64,000 nucleotides of DNA from Acidobacteriota bacterium (GTDB taxonomy: Bacteria; Acidobacteriota; Vicinamibacteria; Marinacidobacterales; Marinacidobacteraceae). The notes beneath the pieces are model-generated. The model had not been told where the DNA came from. It saw only the letters and a list, made by a program, of their open reading frames with translations, and made no database searches. Where the stretch lies: positions 7,610 to 71,609 of the forward strand of contig JAJDUD010000021.1 of assembly GCA_022826825.1 (NCBI GenBank), read 5' to 3'. Position 1 is the stretch's first letter. Every line of letters begins with the position of its first letter. Shown here one piece after another: positions 1 to 9,576 of the stretch. A program made the position numbers and the translations under genes.

Positions 1-62
1 GAGCGGGTGTGGGAGGCCGTCACCGCCCACCTGCCCACTGACGATCCATGAGGGGATGAACC

Positions 63-1178
63 ATGAACCGCCTGGCTTTCACGAGAGTTGACCCGCGGCT
101 GCCGGCCGCCCTCGCCATCCTGGCGCTGCTCGGCGGCTGTGGCGGGTCCGAGGCCGAGCCGACGCTCGAAGAGACCTTCGCCGCGATCGTCGCGGAAGCG
201 CGCGACGCCGCCGGCAGTCCCGGCCTTTCCGCCGCCGTTGCCGTGAACGGAGAGATGATCTGGAGCGGCGCTTCGGGGCTGGCCGACATCGAGAACGCGG
301 TCCCGGCGACCGCGGACAGCGTTTACCGGATCGCTTCCATCTCGAAACCCGTGGCCGGGGTTGCGGTCATGCAGCTCGTGGACCAGGGAGCCATCGACCT
401 CGATGCCGAGGTGCAGACCTACTTCCCGGCCTTCCCCGAGAAGGAACATCCCGTCACCGTCCGGCACCTGATGACCCACACCTCGGGAATCCGGCACTAC
501 AACCCGGGCGAAATGGACATGAAGGACCACTTCGACACCGTGGAAGCCGGAATCGAGATCTTCAAGGACGACCCGCTGCTCTTCGAGCCGGGCACCCAGT
601 ACAGCTACTCCTCCTACGCCTGGAACATCCTGGCCGGCGTCGTCGAGAACGTCTCCGGGCAGAGCTTCGACGACTACATGCACGAGAACGTCTGGGGACC
701 GGCGGAAATGGACGCCACCTATCTCGAGCACCAGGGCGAGATCGTCCCGAACCGGGTCCGCCAGTACGTGAAGCGCGAGGACGGCGCCGGCGTCCTGAAC
801 GCCCCGTTCGCGGACCTCTCGATCAAGTGGGCCGGCGGGGGAATGATCGCGAGAGCTCCCGATCTGGTTCGCTTCGCGCTCGCCATCGATGCCGGGACGA
901 TCCTCTCGGTGGACGCGCACGACCGGATGACCACCCCCTACCAGCTCGCCGACGGAACCATGAGCGAATACGCGCTCGGCTGGCGGATAGCGACCGATGA
1001 GCTGGGCACCTGGGTGGCGCATTCGGGAGGCGCCACCGGAGGTTCCACCCGCCTGCTCCGCCTTCCGGAACGGGGCGTCGCGGTGGCGGTCTTCTCGAAC
1101 GTCCAGAGCGCCGAGGGGCTGCCCGAGACCGCCCGGCGGCTCGCCGAGGCGGCGCTCGAGGGCACTGCGGCGCCGTAG
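63..1178 (+). CDS. Serine hydrolase, beta-lactamase/AmpC-like family, probable lipoprotein
   Basis: SxxK (SISK), LMTHTSGI, FEPGTQYSYSS (YxS) and HSG motifs; lipobox-like LLGGC. Confidence 0.88.
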   Translation: MNRLAFTRVDPRLPAALAILALLGGCGGSEAEPTLEETFAAIVAEARDAAGSPGLSAAVAVNGEMIWSGASGLADIENAVPATADSVYRIASISKPVAGVAVMQLVDQGAIDLDAEVQTYFPAFPEKEHPVTVRHLMTHTSGIRHYNPGEMDMKDHFDTVEAGIEIFKDDPLLFEPGTQYSYSSYAWNILAGVVENVSGQSFDDYMHENVWGPAEMDATYLEHQGEIVPNRVRQYVKREDGAGVLNAPFADLSIKWAGGGMIARAPDLVRFALAIDAGTILSVDAHDRMTTPYQLADGTMSEYALGWRIATDELGTWVAHSGGATGGSTRLLRLPERGVAVAVFSNVQSAEGLPETARRLAEAALEGTAAP

Positions 1179-1200
1179 CGGCTCGACGGCCGCACCGGCG

Positions 1201-1932
1201 TCAGCCGAAGAGACCGGGCGGGGAACGGCCTCCGGCTCCCGGGTCCTCTCCCGCGGCCAGCGGCTCCACGCAGCGCGGATCGTCGGTTGCCGGACTGTTC
1301 ACGACCGGGTTGACGCGAAGGGCGGTCATCGCCTCCGGCGGATAGGGGCCGAGGGGCACCTCTCCGCCGCCGAGCCACTGGTCGAAGGCGTCCGGGGGAA
1401 CGATGACGGGCATCCGGTCGTGGACCCCGGCAACCACCGGATTGGCGTCCGTGGTCAGGATGGTGAAGGTCTCGACGGGGGCTGACGGCCCGTCTTCGGG
1501 CAGCCAGGGGACAGAGATTCCGGGCGGCGGCCGCCACCGCTCGAAGAGGCCGGCGAGCGCGAACGGTCCGCCAGTGCGCATGCGGAAGAGCCAGGGCTGG
1601 CGGCGGCGCCCCAGCCGCTCCCACTCGAAGAAGCCGTCCACCGGGACGAGGCATCTCCGGGCCCGGAACGCATCCCGGAACGAAGGCCGGACGCTCGCCG
1701 TCTCGACGCGGGCGTTGATGAGCCGGTTCCCGATCGAGGGGTCCCGGGCGCCGCCCGGAATCAGGCCCCAGCGAAGCATCCGCAGCCGGCGGACGTCTTC
1801 GTGCCGCACCACCGCCGCCAACTGGGTCGGGGCCACGTTGTAGCGGGGCGGCAGGTCCTCCGGGACCTCCTCCAGCTCGAAGAGTTCGGCGGTCTCCTCC
1901 CAGGAGCAGGACTGGGTGAAGCGCCCGCACAT
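1201..1932 (-). CDS. SOS response-associated peptidase (SRAP/YedK/HMCES family)
   Basis: N-terminal MCGRF, RYNVAPTQ, INARVET, RCLVPVDGFFEW, HDRMPVI. Confidence 0.95.
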   Translation of the reverse strand: MCGRFTQSCSWEETAELFELEEVPEDLPPRYNVAPTQLAAVVRHEDVRRLRMLRWGLIPGGARDPSIGNRLINARVETASVRPSFRDAFRARRCLVPVDGFFEWERLGRRRQPWLFRMRTGGPFALAGLFERWRPPPGISVPWLPEDGPSAPVETFTILTTDANPVVAGVHDRMPVIVPPDAFDQWLGGGEVPLGPYPPEAMTALRVNPVVNSPATDDPRCVEPLAAGEDPGAGGRSPPGLFG

Positions 1933-2029
1933 CGATCAGATCAACCCGGTTCCGCCTACTTCAACCGAGTTCGGCGGGCGCGCCCGTTTCCGCTGACGCG
2001 TGCCGTGAGGATGAACGAGGATCCGCCGC

Positions 2030-2078
2030 CCGCGGGCCTGCGGCCCGCTGTGCCGGCCGGAGGCCGGCGTTCCAAGCT
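2030..2078 (-). repeat. REP-like double-hairpin repeat, subtype A
   Basis: Reverse complement of GCTTGGAACGCCGGCCTCCGGCCGGCACAGCGGGCCGCAGGCCCGCG; matches copies at 33020, 33139 and 34151. Confidence 0.8.
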
Positions 2079-2096
2079 GGGGGTGCGATCCGAGAA

Positions 2097-4166
2097 TCAC
2101 GGGTTTTCGTTGTCGGTGGCGGTGCGCTCTTCGTCGCTCTCCTCACCGGGGGCCGTCTCCCACTGGTAGTCGATCCCGCGGACGTGGCGCTCGAACCACT
2201 CGAGTTCGACGTTCACCTTGAAGAGCTGGTGGCGGAGTTCCCGGAGGCCGTGCGGCTCCCGAGGGGCGATGTAGAGGTGGGTGTCCACGCCGTTCGTGCG
2301 CAGCGCCCGGTAGAGCTCGACCGACTGCGGCGGCGGCACCCGCACGTCGTTCTCCCCGACGATGACGATGGTCGGCGTGGTGACCTTGTAGATGTCCTTG
2401 AGCGGCGAGTTGCCCCAGTAGGCGTCGATCGGCGCGTCCTCCTGCCACGGCGTCCCCCCGAACCACGGAGTGCGGGGAAACCGCACGTCGCTCTGCCCGT
2501 ACATGGAGATCCAGTTCACCGCGCCGGCGCCCGAGGATGCCGCCTTGAAACGGCCGGTGTGGGTGATGATCTTGTTCGTCATGTGGCCGCCGGCGCTCCA
2601 GCCCATCTTGGCCATCCGGTCGCCGTCGGCGATGCCGCGCTCGATCAGGAAATCCACGCCCGCCATGACGTCGAGGTGGGCCTGGTTGAAGTAGTGGCCC
2701 ACCATGTCACGGAGGAATTCGTCGCCGTAGCCGGTGCTGCCCCGGTAGTTGGGCTTGAAGACGGCGTAGCCGCGGGCGGCGAGGACGTGGATGTAGTTGC
2801 TCCAGCGGCCGAACCGGAACTTGTCGGATGACCGCGGCCCGCCGTGGGTCTGCACCACCAGCGGGTAGCGCTGTCCCTCCTGGTAGTCGAGCGGGTAGAA
2901 GAGGAGGCCCTCGACCTCCACGCCGTCCTCACCGTTCCACTGGACGGCTTCCTGGACCGGCAGCTCGAACGTCTCGTCCAGGTAGTCGAAGACGCTCGTG
3001 ACCTTCACCGGATCGCCGCCGTCAGCGGGGAGCAGATGGATGTCGCCGTTGTTCTCGCGGTTGCTGATCCCGAAGACGTGTTGTCCGGCCCCGGCGGCGA
3101 AGTTCCAGCCGACGATGCTGTGGTCTCCGGCCGTCAGTGCGGTGGGTTCGGCGTCATCCACGCCCCCGTGGAAGATCTGGCTGCGCACGCCGGTGTTGCC
3201 GATGAAGTAGACCGAGCCGTCGGCGGCCCAGGTCGCGCCGTTGGCTTCGTACGGCCAGTCCTCGAACAGGACCCGGTGCGGCCCGCCGGCCGCGGGAACA
3301 ACGAAGACGTTCCTGTTGAAGTAGGTCTCGAAGTCCGCGCTGGACGCCGAAACGAACAGCACCTGCGAACCGTCCGGTGAGAGCTGCGCGCCGCTCTCAC
3401 CCACGGTGTTGTCGGTCAACCGAAGGGCGTTGCCCCCGTCGGCGTCCATGATCCAGACCTCGCCCTCGTCACGGTTGTCGAGGAGGGGGGAGAGGGACCG
3501 GGAGTGGGCGATGCGCGTTCCGTCGTGCGAGAGCCGGAACTCCAGAATCGAGAAGTCGCCTTCCGTGATCCGCTCGGCGTCCCGCGGGCCGTCCCCGGAT
3601 GTCGCAACGCGGAACAGGTGCCGCTGCTTGTAGTCCTCGTCGAAGGCGAAGAAGTCGTCCCGGAGGTCGTCCTTGCGCTTCTCCTCCGCGGTCTTCGGGT
3701 CGGGCGCGAGGAAGTAGATGTGTTCGCCGTCCGGAGAAAAGGCGTAGGACTGCACCGAACTCTCGTGCTGCGTCAGCGGGGAGGCTTCCCCGCCCCGGTT
3801 GGACATCCGGTGGATCTGCTGGAACGGACTCTCGCCTCGGCGGGCCAGGAAGGTCACCCACGCTCCGTCCGGCGACCAGCGGGGACTCGATTCCCCGTTT
3901 TCGCCGTTCGTCAGCCGGACGTCGCCGCTGCCGTCGGCGGCGATCCGGTGAATGTGGGTGGTCCGGCCGTTCTTCTCCCAGTCGGTATCGGACCGGGTGT
4001 AGAGCAGCTCGCTCCCGTCCGGGGAGAGGCGCGGACTGCCGACCGACGGGACGTCGATCAGCTCGACGATCGTCATCGGCCGCTTTTCCTGCGCGGACGC
4101 GACCGAGACCGCCAGCGCCACCAGGGCGCCGGCAGTTGCGGAGTGGGTGAACACGGAATGGCGCAT
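2097..4166 (-). CDS. S9 family peptidase (beta-propeller plus alpha/beta hydrolase), secreted, copy 3
   Basis: Start reassigned to MRHSVF after GAAGGAGG RBS; signal peptide; WSPDG repeats, HGGP, GWSAGG, catalytic D (GENDVRV) and H (EPHG). Confidence 0.92.
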   Translation of the reverse strand: MRHSVFTHSATAGALVALAVSVASAQEKRPMTIVELIDVPSVGSPRLSPDGSELLYTRSDTDWEKNGRTTHIHRIAADGSGDVRLTNGENGESSPRWSPDGAWVTFLARRGESPFQQIHRMSNRGGEASPLTQHESSVQSYAFSPDGEHIYFLAPDPKTAEEKRKDDLRDDFFAFDEDYKQRHLFRVATSGDGPRDAERITEGDFSILEFRLSHDGTRIAHSRSLSPLLDNRDEGEVWIMDADGGNALRLTDNTVGESGAQLSPDGSQVLFVSASSADFETYFNRNVFVVPAAGGPHRVLFEDWPYEANGATWAADGSVYFIGNTGVRSQIFHGGVDDAEPTALTAGDHSIVGWNFAAGAGQHVFGISNRENNGDIHLLPADGGDPVKVTSVFDYLDETFELPVQEAVQWNGEDGVEVEGLLFYPLDYQEGQRYPLVVQTHGGPRSSDKFRFGRWSNYIHVLAARGYAVFKPNYRGSTGYGDEFLRDMVGHYFNQAHLDVMAGVDFLIERGIADGDRMAKMGWSAGGHMTNKIITHTGRFKAASSGAGAVNWISMYGQSDVRFPRTPWFGGTPWQEDAPIDAYWGNSPLKDIYKVTTPTIVIVGENDVRVPPPQSVELYRALRTNGVDTHLYIAPREPHGLRELRHQLFKVNVELEWFERHVRGIDYQWETAPGEESDEERTATDNENP

Positions 4167-4198
4167 GACGCACCTCCTTCGACGAATCTGGTCGGGGA

Positions 4199-6265
4199 TC
4201 AGGGATTGTCGCCGTTCGTGGCGCCGGCGCGTGCGTCGCCGTCGCCCGGCGCCGTTTCCCACCGGTATTCGATGCCCCGCACGTGCCGCTCGAACCAGTC
4301 GATCTCCACGTTCACCTTGAAGAGCGCGTGGCGGAGTTCCCGCCAGCCGTGTCCCTCCCGCGGCGCGATGTAGAGGTGGGTGTCCACCCCGTTCGACCTG
4401 AGCGCCCGGTAGAGCTCGACCGACTGGGGCGGCGGAACCCGCACGTCGTTTTCTCCGACCAGCACGATCGTGGGCGTCGTCACCCGGTGGATGTCCTTGA
4501 GCGGTGAATTGCCCCAGTAGATATCGATCGGGGCGTCCTCCTGCCACGGGGTTCCTCCGAACCAGGGCGTGCGGTAGGTCCGGACGTCGCTCTGGCCGTA
4601 CATCGAGATCCAGTTCACGGCGCCGGCGCCCGAGGAGGCCGCCTTGAAGCGGTCCGTGGCCGTGATGATCTTGTTGGTCATATGGCCGCCGGCGCTCCAG
4701 CCCATCTTGGCCATCCGCTCGCCGTCGGCGATCCCGAGCTCGATCAGGTGGTCCACGCCGGCCATGACGTCGCGATGGGCCTGGTGGAAGTAGTGGCCCA
4801 CCATGTCCCGGAGGAAGTCGTCGCCGTAGCCGGTGCTTCCCCGGTAATTGGGTTTGAAGACCGCGTAGCCGCGCGCGGTCAGGATCTGGACGTGGTTGGC
4901 CCAGTAGCCGAACCCGAACCGGTCGGAGGCCGCCGGCCCGCCGTGGGTCTGGACGACCAGCGGAACCCGCCGGCCCGCCTCGTAGCCGAGCGGGTAGTAG
5001 AGGAGTCCCTCGACCTCCACGCCGTCCTGCCCCTTCCAGCGGATCGCCTCCTGGACGGGGAGATCGAAGGTCTCGTCGAGATAGTCGAAGACGCTCGTGA
5101 CCTTCACGGGACCCCCGCCCTTCCCGTCCAGCAGGTGGACGTCGCCTCGGCTTTCCCGCTTGCTGATCCCGAAGACGTGCCGGCCGGTGGGGGCGTGGAA
5201 GTTCCACCCGACCAGCGAGTGGTCGCCGGCGGTCAGGGGGCGCGGCGCGGCGTCCGGGCCCGCGGCGTGGAAGAGCTGGGTACGCACCCCGGTGTTCGCG
5301 ACGAAGTAGATGGAGCCGTCGGGGGCCCAGCGCGCCCCGTGAACCTCGTGCGGCATGTCCTCCCACAGCAGCCGGTGCGCTCCCCCGGCGGCGGGAACGA
5401 CGAACACGTTCGCGTTGTAGTAGGTCTCGAAGCCGGCGTTCGACTCGGAGAGGAAGAGCACCCGGGTTCCGTCGGGCGAGAGCTGGGCGCCGCGCTCGCT
5501 CACGGTGTTGTCCGTCAACTGCAAGGCGCCACCCCCGTCCGCGTCCATGATCCAGACCTCGCCCTCGTCGCGGTTGTCGAAGAGCGGGGTCGGCGCCCGC
5601 GAGTGGACGATCCGCGTTCCGTCGTCCGCAACGCGGAAGCCGACGACCGAATAGTCGCCCCCGGTGATCCGCTCGGCCGGACGGGGCCCGTCACCGTCCG
5701 TCCTGACCCGGAAGAGGTGCCGCTGCCGGTAGTTCTCGTCGAAGGCGAACACGTCGTCTCCGAGTTCGTCCTTCCGCTTCGCTTCCGCCGTCTTCGGATC
5801 GGCCGCGATGAAATACACGAAGTCGCCGTCCGGCGAAAAGGCGAACGACTGCACCGCCGTCTCGTGCTCGGTGAGGGGCGACGCTTCGCCACCGGAAGTC
5901 CGCAGGCGATGGATCTGGCTCGAAGGGCCCTCACCCCGGCGCGCCAGGAACGCGATCCAGGCGCCGTCCGGTGACCAGCGCGGACTCGATTCCCCGGTCT
6001 CCCCGCTGGTCAGCCGCAGGTCGCCGGTCCCGTCGCTCCGGATCCGGCGAATGTGGGTGGTGCGGCCGTTCGCCTCCCAATCGGCGTCCGTCCGGGTGTA
6101 GAGGAGCTCGGTCCCGTCGGGCGAGAGCCGCGGGCTGCCGACCCGCGGCACCTCGACGAGCTCGACGATCGTCATCGGCCGCTTGTCCTGGGCCGGCACG
6201 GCCGCCGCGAGAGCGGCCAGGCCGGCGGCGGGCAGCCACCGGGACGGCGGCCGGCGCCCCGTCAT
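4199..6265 (-). CDS. S9 family peptidase, secreted, copy 2
   Basis: Start MTGRRPP after GAAGGAG; GWSAGG, GENDVRV, EGHG; paralog of both neighbours. Confidence 0.92.
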   Translation of the reverse strand: MTGRRPPSRWLPAAGLAALAAAVPAQDKRPMTIVELVEVPRVGSPRLSPDGTELLYTRTDADWEANGRTTHIRRIRSDGTGDLRLTSGETGESSPRWSPDGAWIAFLARRGEGPSSQIHRLRTSGGEASPLTEHETAVQSFAFSPDGDFVYFIAADPKTAEAKRKDELGDDVFAFDENYRQRHLFRVRTDGDGPRPAERITGGDYSVVGFRVADDGTRIVHSRAPTPLFDNRDEGEVWIMDADGGGALQLTDNTVSERGAQLSPDGTRVLFLSESNAGFETYYNANVFVVPAAGGAHRLLWEDMPHEVHGARWAPDGSIYFVANTGVRTQLFHAAGPDAAPRPLTAGDHSLVGWNFHAPTGRHVFGISKRESRGDVHLLDGKGGGPVKVTSVFDYLDETFDLPVQEAIRWKGQDGVEVEGLLYYPLGYEAGRRVPLVVQTHGGPAASDRFGFGYWANHVQILTARGYAVFKPNYRGSTGYGDDFLRDMVGHYFHQAHRDVMAGVDHLIELGIADGERMAKMGWSAGGHMTNKIITATDRFKAASSGAGAVNWISMYGQSDVRTYRTPWFGGTPWQEDAPIDIYWGNSPLKDIHRVTTPTIVLVGENDVRVPPPQSVELYRALRSNGVDTHLYIAPREGHGWRELRHALFKVNVEIDWFERHVRGIEYRWETAPGDGDARAGATNGDNP

Positions 6266-6293
6266 CGGCGCTCCTTCCCCGCGCGCAGCGCCC

Positions 6294-8354
6294 TCAACGG
6301 CTTTCTTCGTCGGTGGTGGCCTCCATGTCCACTTCGTCATCGCCGGGCGCCGTTTCCCACTGGTACTCGATGCCCCGGACGTGGCGCTCGAACCAGTCGA
6401 TCTCCACGTTCACCTTGAAGAGTTCGTGACGGAGCTCCCGCCAGCCGTGGGGCTCCCGCGGCGCGATGTAGAGATGGGTGTCCACGCCGTTCGACTTGAG
6501 CGCCCGGTAGAGCTCCACCGACTGCTCCGGCGGGACCCGGACGTCGTTCTCACCGACGAGCACGATCGTCGGCGTGGTCACCTTGTAGATGTCCTTGAGC
6601 GGCGAGTGCCCCCAGTAGAGGTCGATGGGCGCGTCCTCCTGCCAGGGGGTTCCCCCGAACCACGGGGTCCGGTAGATCCGCACGTCGCTCGTTCCGTACA
6701 TCGAGATCCAGTTCACCGCGCCCGCGCCCGAGGCCGCCGCCTTGAAGCGGTCGGTGTGGGTGATGATCTTGTTCGTCATGTGGCCGCCGCCGCTCCAGCC
6801 CATCTTGGCCATCCGGTCGCCGTCCACGATCCCGAGCTCGATCAGGTGGTCCACGCCCGTCATCACGTCGAGGTGCGACTGGCGGTAGTAGTGGCCCACC
6901 ATGTCCCGGAGGACTTCGTCGCCGTATCCGGTGCTCCCCCGGTAGTTGGGCTTGAACACCGCCCAGCCGCGCGCGGTGAGCACCTGCACGTAGCTGCTCC
7001 AGCGGCCGAACCCGAACTTGTCGGAAGCCGCCGGCCCGCCGTGGGTCTGGACGACGACCGGATAGCGCTGCCCCTCCTGGTAGTCGAGCGGGTAGTAGAG
7101 GAGCCCCTCGACTTCCGCGCCGTCGTCGCCCTTCCAGCGGATCGCCTCCTGGACGGGCAGCTCGAAGGTCTCGGCGAGGTAGTCGAAGACGCTCGTGACC
7201 TTCATGGGGTCCCCGCCGTCCGCGGGCAGCAGGTGCAGATCGCCGTTGTTCTCGCGGTTGCTGATCCCGAAGACGTGCTTCCCGGCAGCGGCGGAGAAGT
7301 TCCACCCGGTGAGCGAGTGGTCGCCGGCGGTGAGCGCCGTCGGCGCGTCGTCGTCGAGCGCGCCGTGGAAGAGTTCGGTGCGGACCCCGGTGTTCGCCGT
7401 GAAGTAGATCGAGCCGTCGGGGGCCCAGCGCGCGCCGTTCACCTCGTGCGGCATGTCCTCGTAGAGCACCCGGTGCGCGCCGCCGGCGGCCGGCAGCACG
7501 AAGATGTTGTCGTTGAAGTAGGTCTCGAAGTCGGCGCTGGAGTCCGAGAGGAACATCACGTGGGCGCCGTCGGGAGAGAGCTGGGCGCCGAATTCGCTGA
7601 CGGTGTTGTCGGTCAACTGCACGGCGTTGCCGCCGTCCGCGTCCATCAGCCAGACCTCGCCCTCGTCCCGGTTGTCCACCAGCGGGCTGACGGACCGGTG
7701 GTGCGCGATGCGCATGCCGTCATCGGAGAGCCGGAAGCCGATCACCGAGTAGTCGCCCTCGGTGAGGCGCTCGGCCTTCTGCGGCCCGTCGCCGCCCGCG
7801 GCCACCCGGTAGAGGTGGCGCTGCTTGTAGTCCTCGTCGAAGGCGAAGACGTCGTCCTGGAGCTTGTCCTTCTTCTTCTCCTCCGCGCTTTTCGGATCGG
7901 CGGCGACGAAGAAGATGTGACTGCCGTCGGGCGAGAACTGGAACGACCCCACCGAACTGTCGTGCGCGGTGAGCGGGGACGCTTCCCCGCCCCGGTTCCG
8001 CATCACGTAGATCTGGGTGTGCTCGTCCTCGCCGCGCTTCGCGAGGAAGGCGACGCGGGTCCCGTCGGGGGACCAGCGGGGGCTGGACTCGCCGTCCTCC
8101 CCGTTCGTGAGCTGGACCTCGCCGCTGCCGTCGGCGTCGATCCGGTAGATGTGCGTGGTGCGGCCGTTCTTCTTCCAGTCCGTGTCGGTCCGGGTGAAGA
8201 GGATCTGGGCGCCGTCGGGGGAAAGGCGCGGGCTCCCCAGCGAGGGGACGTCGATCAGCTCGACGATCGTCATGGGACGCTTGTCCTGTCCCGAGGCGAG
8301 CGCCGCGACGAGCAGGCCGAGGCAAAGAGCGAAGAGAAAACGAAAACGGGGCAT
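6294..8354 (-). CDS. S9 family peptidase, secreted, copy 1
   Basis: Start MPRFRFLF after GGGAGG; signal peptide; GWSGGG, GENDVRV, EPHG. Confidence 0.92.
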   Translation of the reverse strand: MPRFRFLFALCLGLLVAALASGQDKRPMTIVELIDVPSLGSPRLSPDGAQILFTRTDTDWKKNGRTTHIYRIDADGSGEVQLTNGEDGESSPRWSPDGTRVAFLAKRGEDEHTQIYVMRNRGGEASPLTAHDSSVGSFQFSPDGSHIFFVAADPKSAEEKKKDKLQDDVFAFDEDYKQRHLYRVAAGGDGPQKAERLTEGDYSVIGFRLSDDGMRIAHHRSVSPLVDNRDEGEVWLMDADGGNAVQLTDNTVSEFGAQLSPDGAHVMFLSDSSADFETYFNDNIFVLPAAGGAHRVLYEDMPHEVNGARWAPDGSIYFTANTGVRTELFHGALDDDAPTALTAGDHSLTGWNFSAAAGKHVFGISNRENNGDLHLLPADGGDPMKVTSVFDYLAETFELPVQEAIRWKGDDGAEVEGLLYYPLDYQEGQRYPVVVQTHGGPAASDKFGFGRWSSYVQVLTARGWAVFKPNYRGSTGYGDEVLRDMVGHYYRQSHLDVMTGVDHLIELGIVDGDRMAKMGWSGGGHMTNKIITHTDRFKAAASGAGAVNWISMYGTSDVRIYRTPWFGGTPWQEDAPIDLYWGHSPLKDIYKVTTPTIVLVGENDVRVPPEQSVELYRALKSNGVDTHLYIAPREPHGWRELRHELFKVNVEIDWFERHVRGIEYQWETAPGDDEVDMEATTDEESR

Positions 8355-8649
8355 AGGGACCTCCCAATCCGGGGATTGTCCCATTGTCCGTCCGGCCCCG
8401 GCTGGCTTCAACCGCGTCCGCCCCAAAGTCCCCCGGCCGGTGTGGTGTCCCGGGGATCCTGCGGCATCCGGGCGGCGATGCATCCCGCCTGAACCGGGCC
8501 GCTCCGGGGCCCTCGTCGTTGCGTGTCGGTCGGGGTACACCCGGTGTTCTTCCCTCACGCGCCTTGTCAGCCGGGCGCCTCGCCGCTCCCGGTGACTCGC
8601 ACCGTTTCCGGGACACCGCACTAGAATCCGGTGGCAAGCACTTCCGCGG

Positions 8650-9576
8650 ATGCGCATTGGAATCACCGGAGCGACCGGCCTGATCGGCGGTGCCCTCGCT
8701 TCGGAACTGGCCGGCCGCGGCCACGAGGTCGTGGCGCTCACCCGGCGGGCCGGCACGCCGGGCGGTCTGCCAGCGGGAGTGCGCCCGGCGCAGTGGAACC
8801 CCGGTGGTGACGCAACGGACGCCGAACTGGTCGGCGTGCTCGAAGGCCTGGACGCTCTCGTCCACCTCGCCGGCGAACCGGTCGGGAAACGCTGGACCCC
8901 CGCCCGAAAACGCGCCATTCGCGAGAGCCGGGTCGGGGGCACGAAGACCCTGGTGGCGGCCCTCCGCGCCGCCCGGACCCGGCCCGGGCGGCTGCTCGCC
9001 GCTTCCGCCGTGGGGTACTACGGACCGCGGGGCGACGAGGAACTCGATGAGGACGCCCACCCGGGGATCGACTTTCTCGGCGAGGTGTGCACCGAGTGGG
9101 AAGACGCCGCCGCCGGCGCCCGCCAGGCGGGGATCGAGACCGTTTCGATGCGGATCGGCGTCGTGCTGTCGCCGCGGGGCGGAGCGCTCGCCACCATGCT
9201 TCCCCCCTTCCGCATGGGAGTGGGCGGCCGGGTCGGGAGCGGGCGCCAGTGGATGCCCTGGATTCACCTCGACGACGTCGCGGCCGCGATGGTCCACCTG
9301 CTGAAGGCCCCTGCCGGGTCCCTCGAATCCGTCTACAACCTCACGGCGCCGCATCCGGTCACCAACGCGGATTTCACGAGCGCCCTGGGCAAGGCGCTCC
9401 GAAGGCCCACCACCCTTCCGGTTCCCGGGTTCGGCATGCGCCTCGCGTTCGGCGAGATGGCCAGCGCGCTGCTGCTCTCCGGACAAAGGGTCGTGCCCCG
9501 GCGGCTGCTCGCCTCCGGCTTCGAATTCCGGCACCCCGAGATCGGGCCGGCGCTGATGGACCTGCTGGGGAACTGA
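8650..9576 (+). CDS. TIGR01777 family NAD-dependent epimerase/oxidoreductase (YfcH-like)
   Basis: ITGATGLIG Rossmann motif, SAVGYYG, GSGRQWMPWIH, GQRVVPRRL. Confidence 0.92.
   Translation: MRIGITGATGLIGGALASELAGRGHEVVALTRRAGTPGGLPAGVRPAQWNPGGDATDAELVGVLEGLDALVHLAGEPVGKRWTPARKRAIRESRVGGTKTLVAALRAARTRPGRLLAASAVGYYGPRGDEELDEDAHPGIDFLGEVCTEWEDAAAGARQAGIETVSMRIGVVLSPRGGALATMLPPFRMGVGGRVGSGRQWMPWIHLDDVAAAMVHLLKAPAGSLESVYNLTAPHPVTNADFTSALGKALRRPTTLPVPGFGMRLAFGEMASALLLSGQRVVPRRLLASGFEFRHPEIGPALMDLLGN

Noticed and set aside
63-1178. Bona fide beta-lactam resistance gene
   Set aside because: The motifs only support the broad serine hydrolase family; the substrate cannot be inferred
2097-5366. 1089-aa ORF suggesting a large fusion peptidase
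   Set aside because: The N-terminal 400 aa is an off-frame read of the upstream paralog; the real start with an RBS is at 4166
6183-8492. Long antisense and alternate-frame ORFs (also 9333-11759, 19076-21313, 56359-58887, 60228-62870)
   Set aside because: Shadow ORFs expected in high-GC coding DNA; Arg/Pro/Gly-rich and without domain motifs
8355-8649. Structured ncRNA in the divergent intergenic region
   Set aside because: Only short GC-rich hairpins expected by chance; no second copy or known motif
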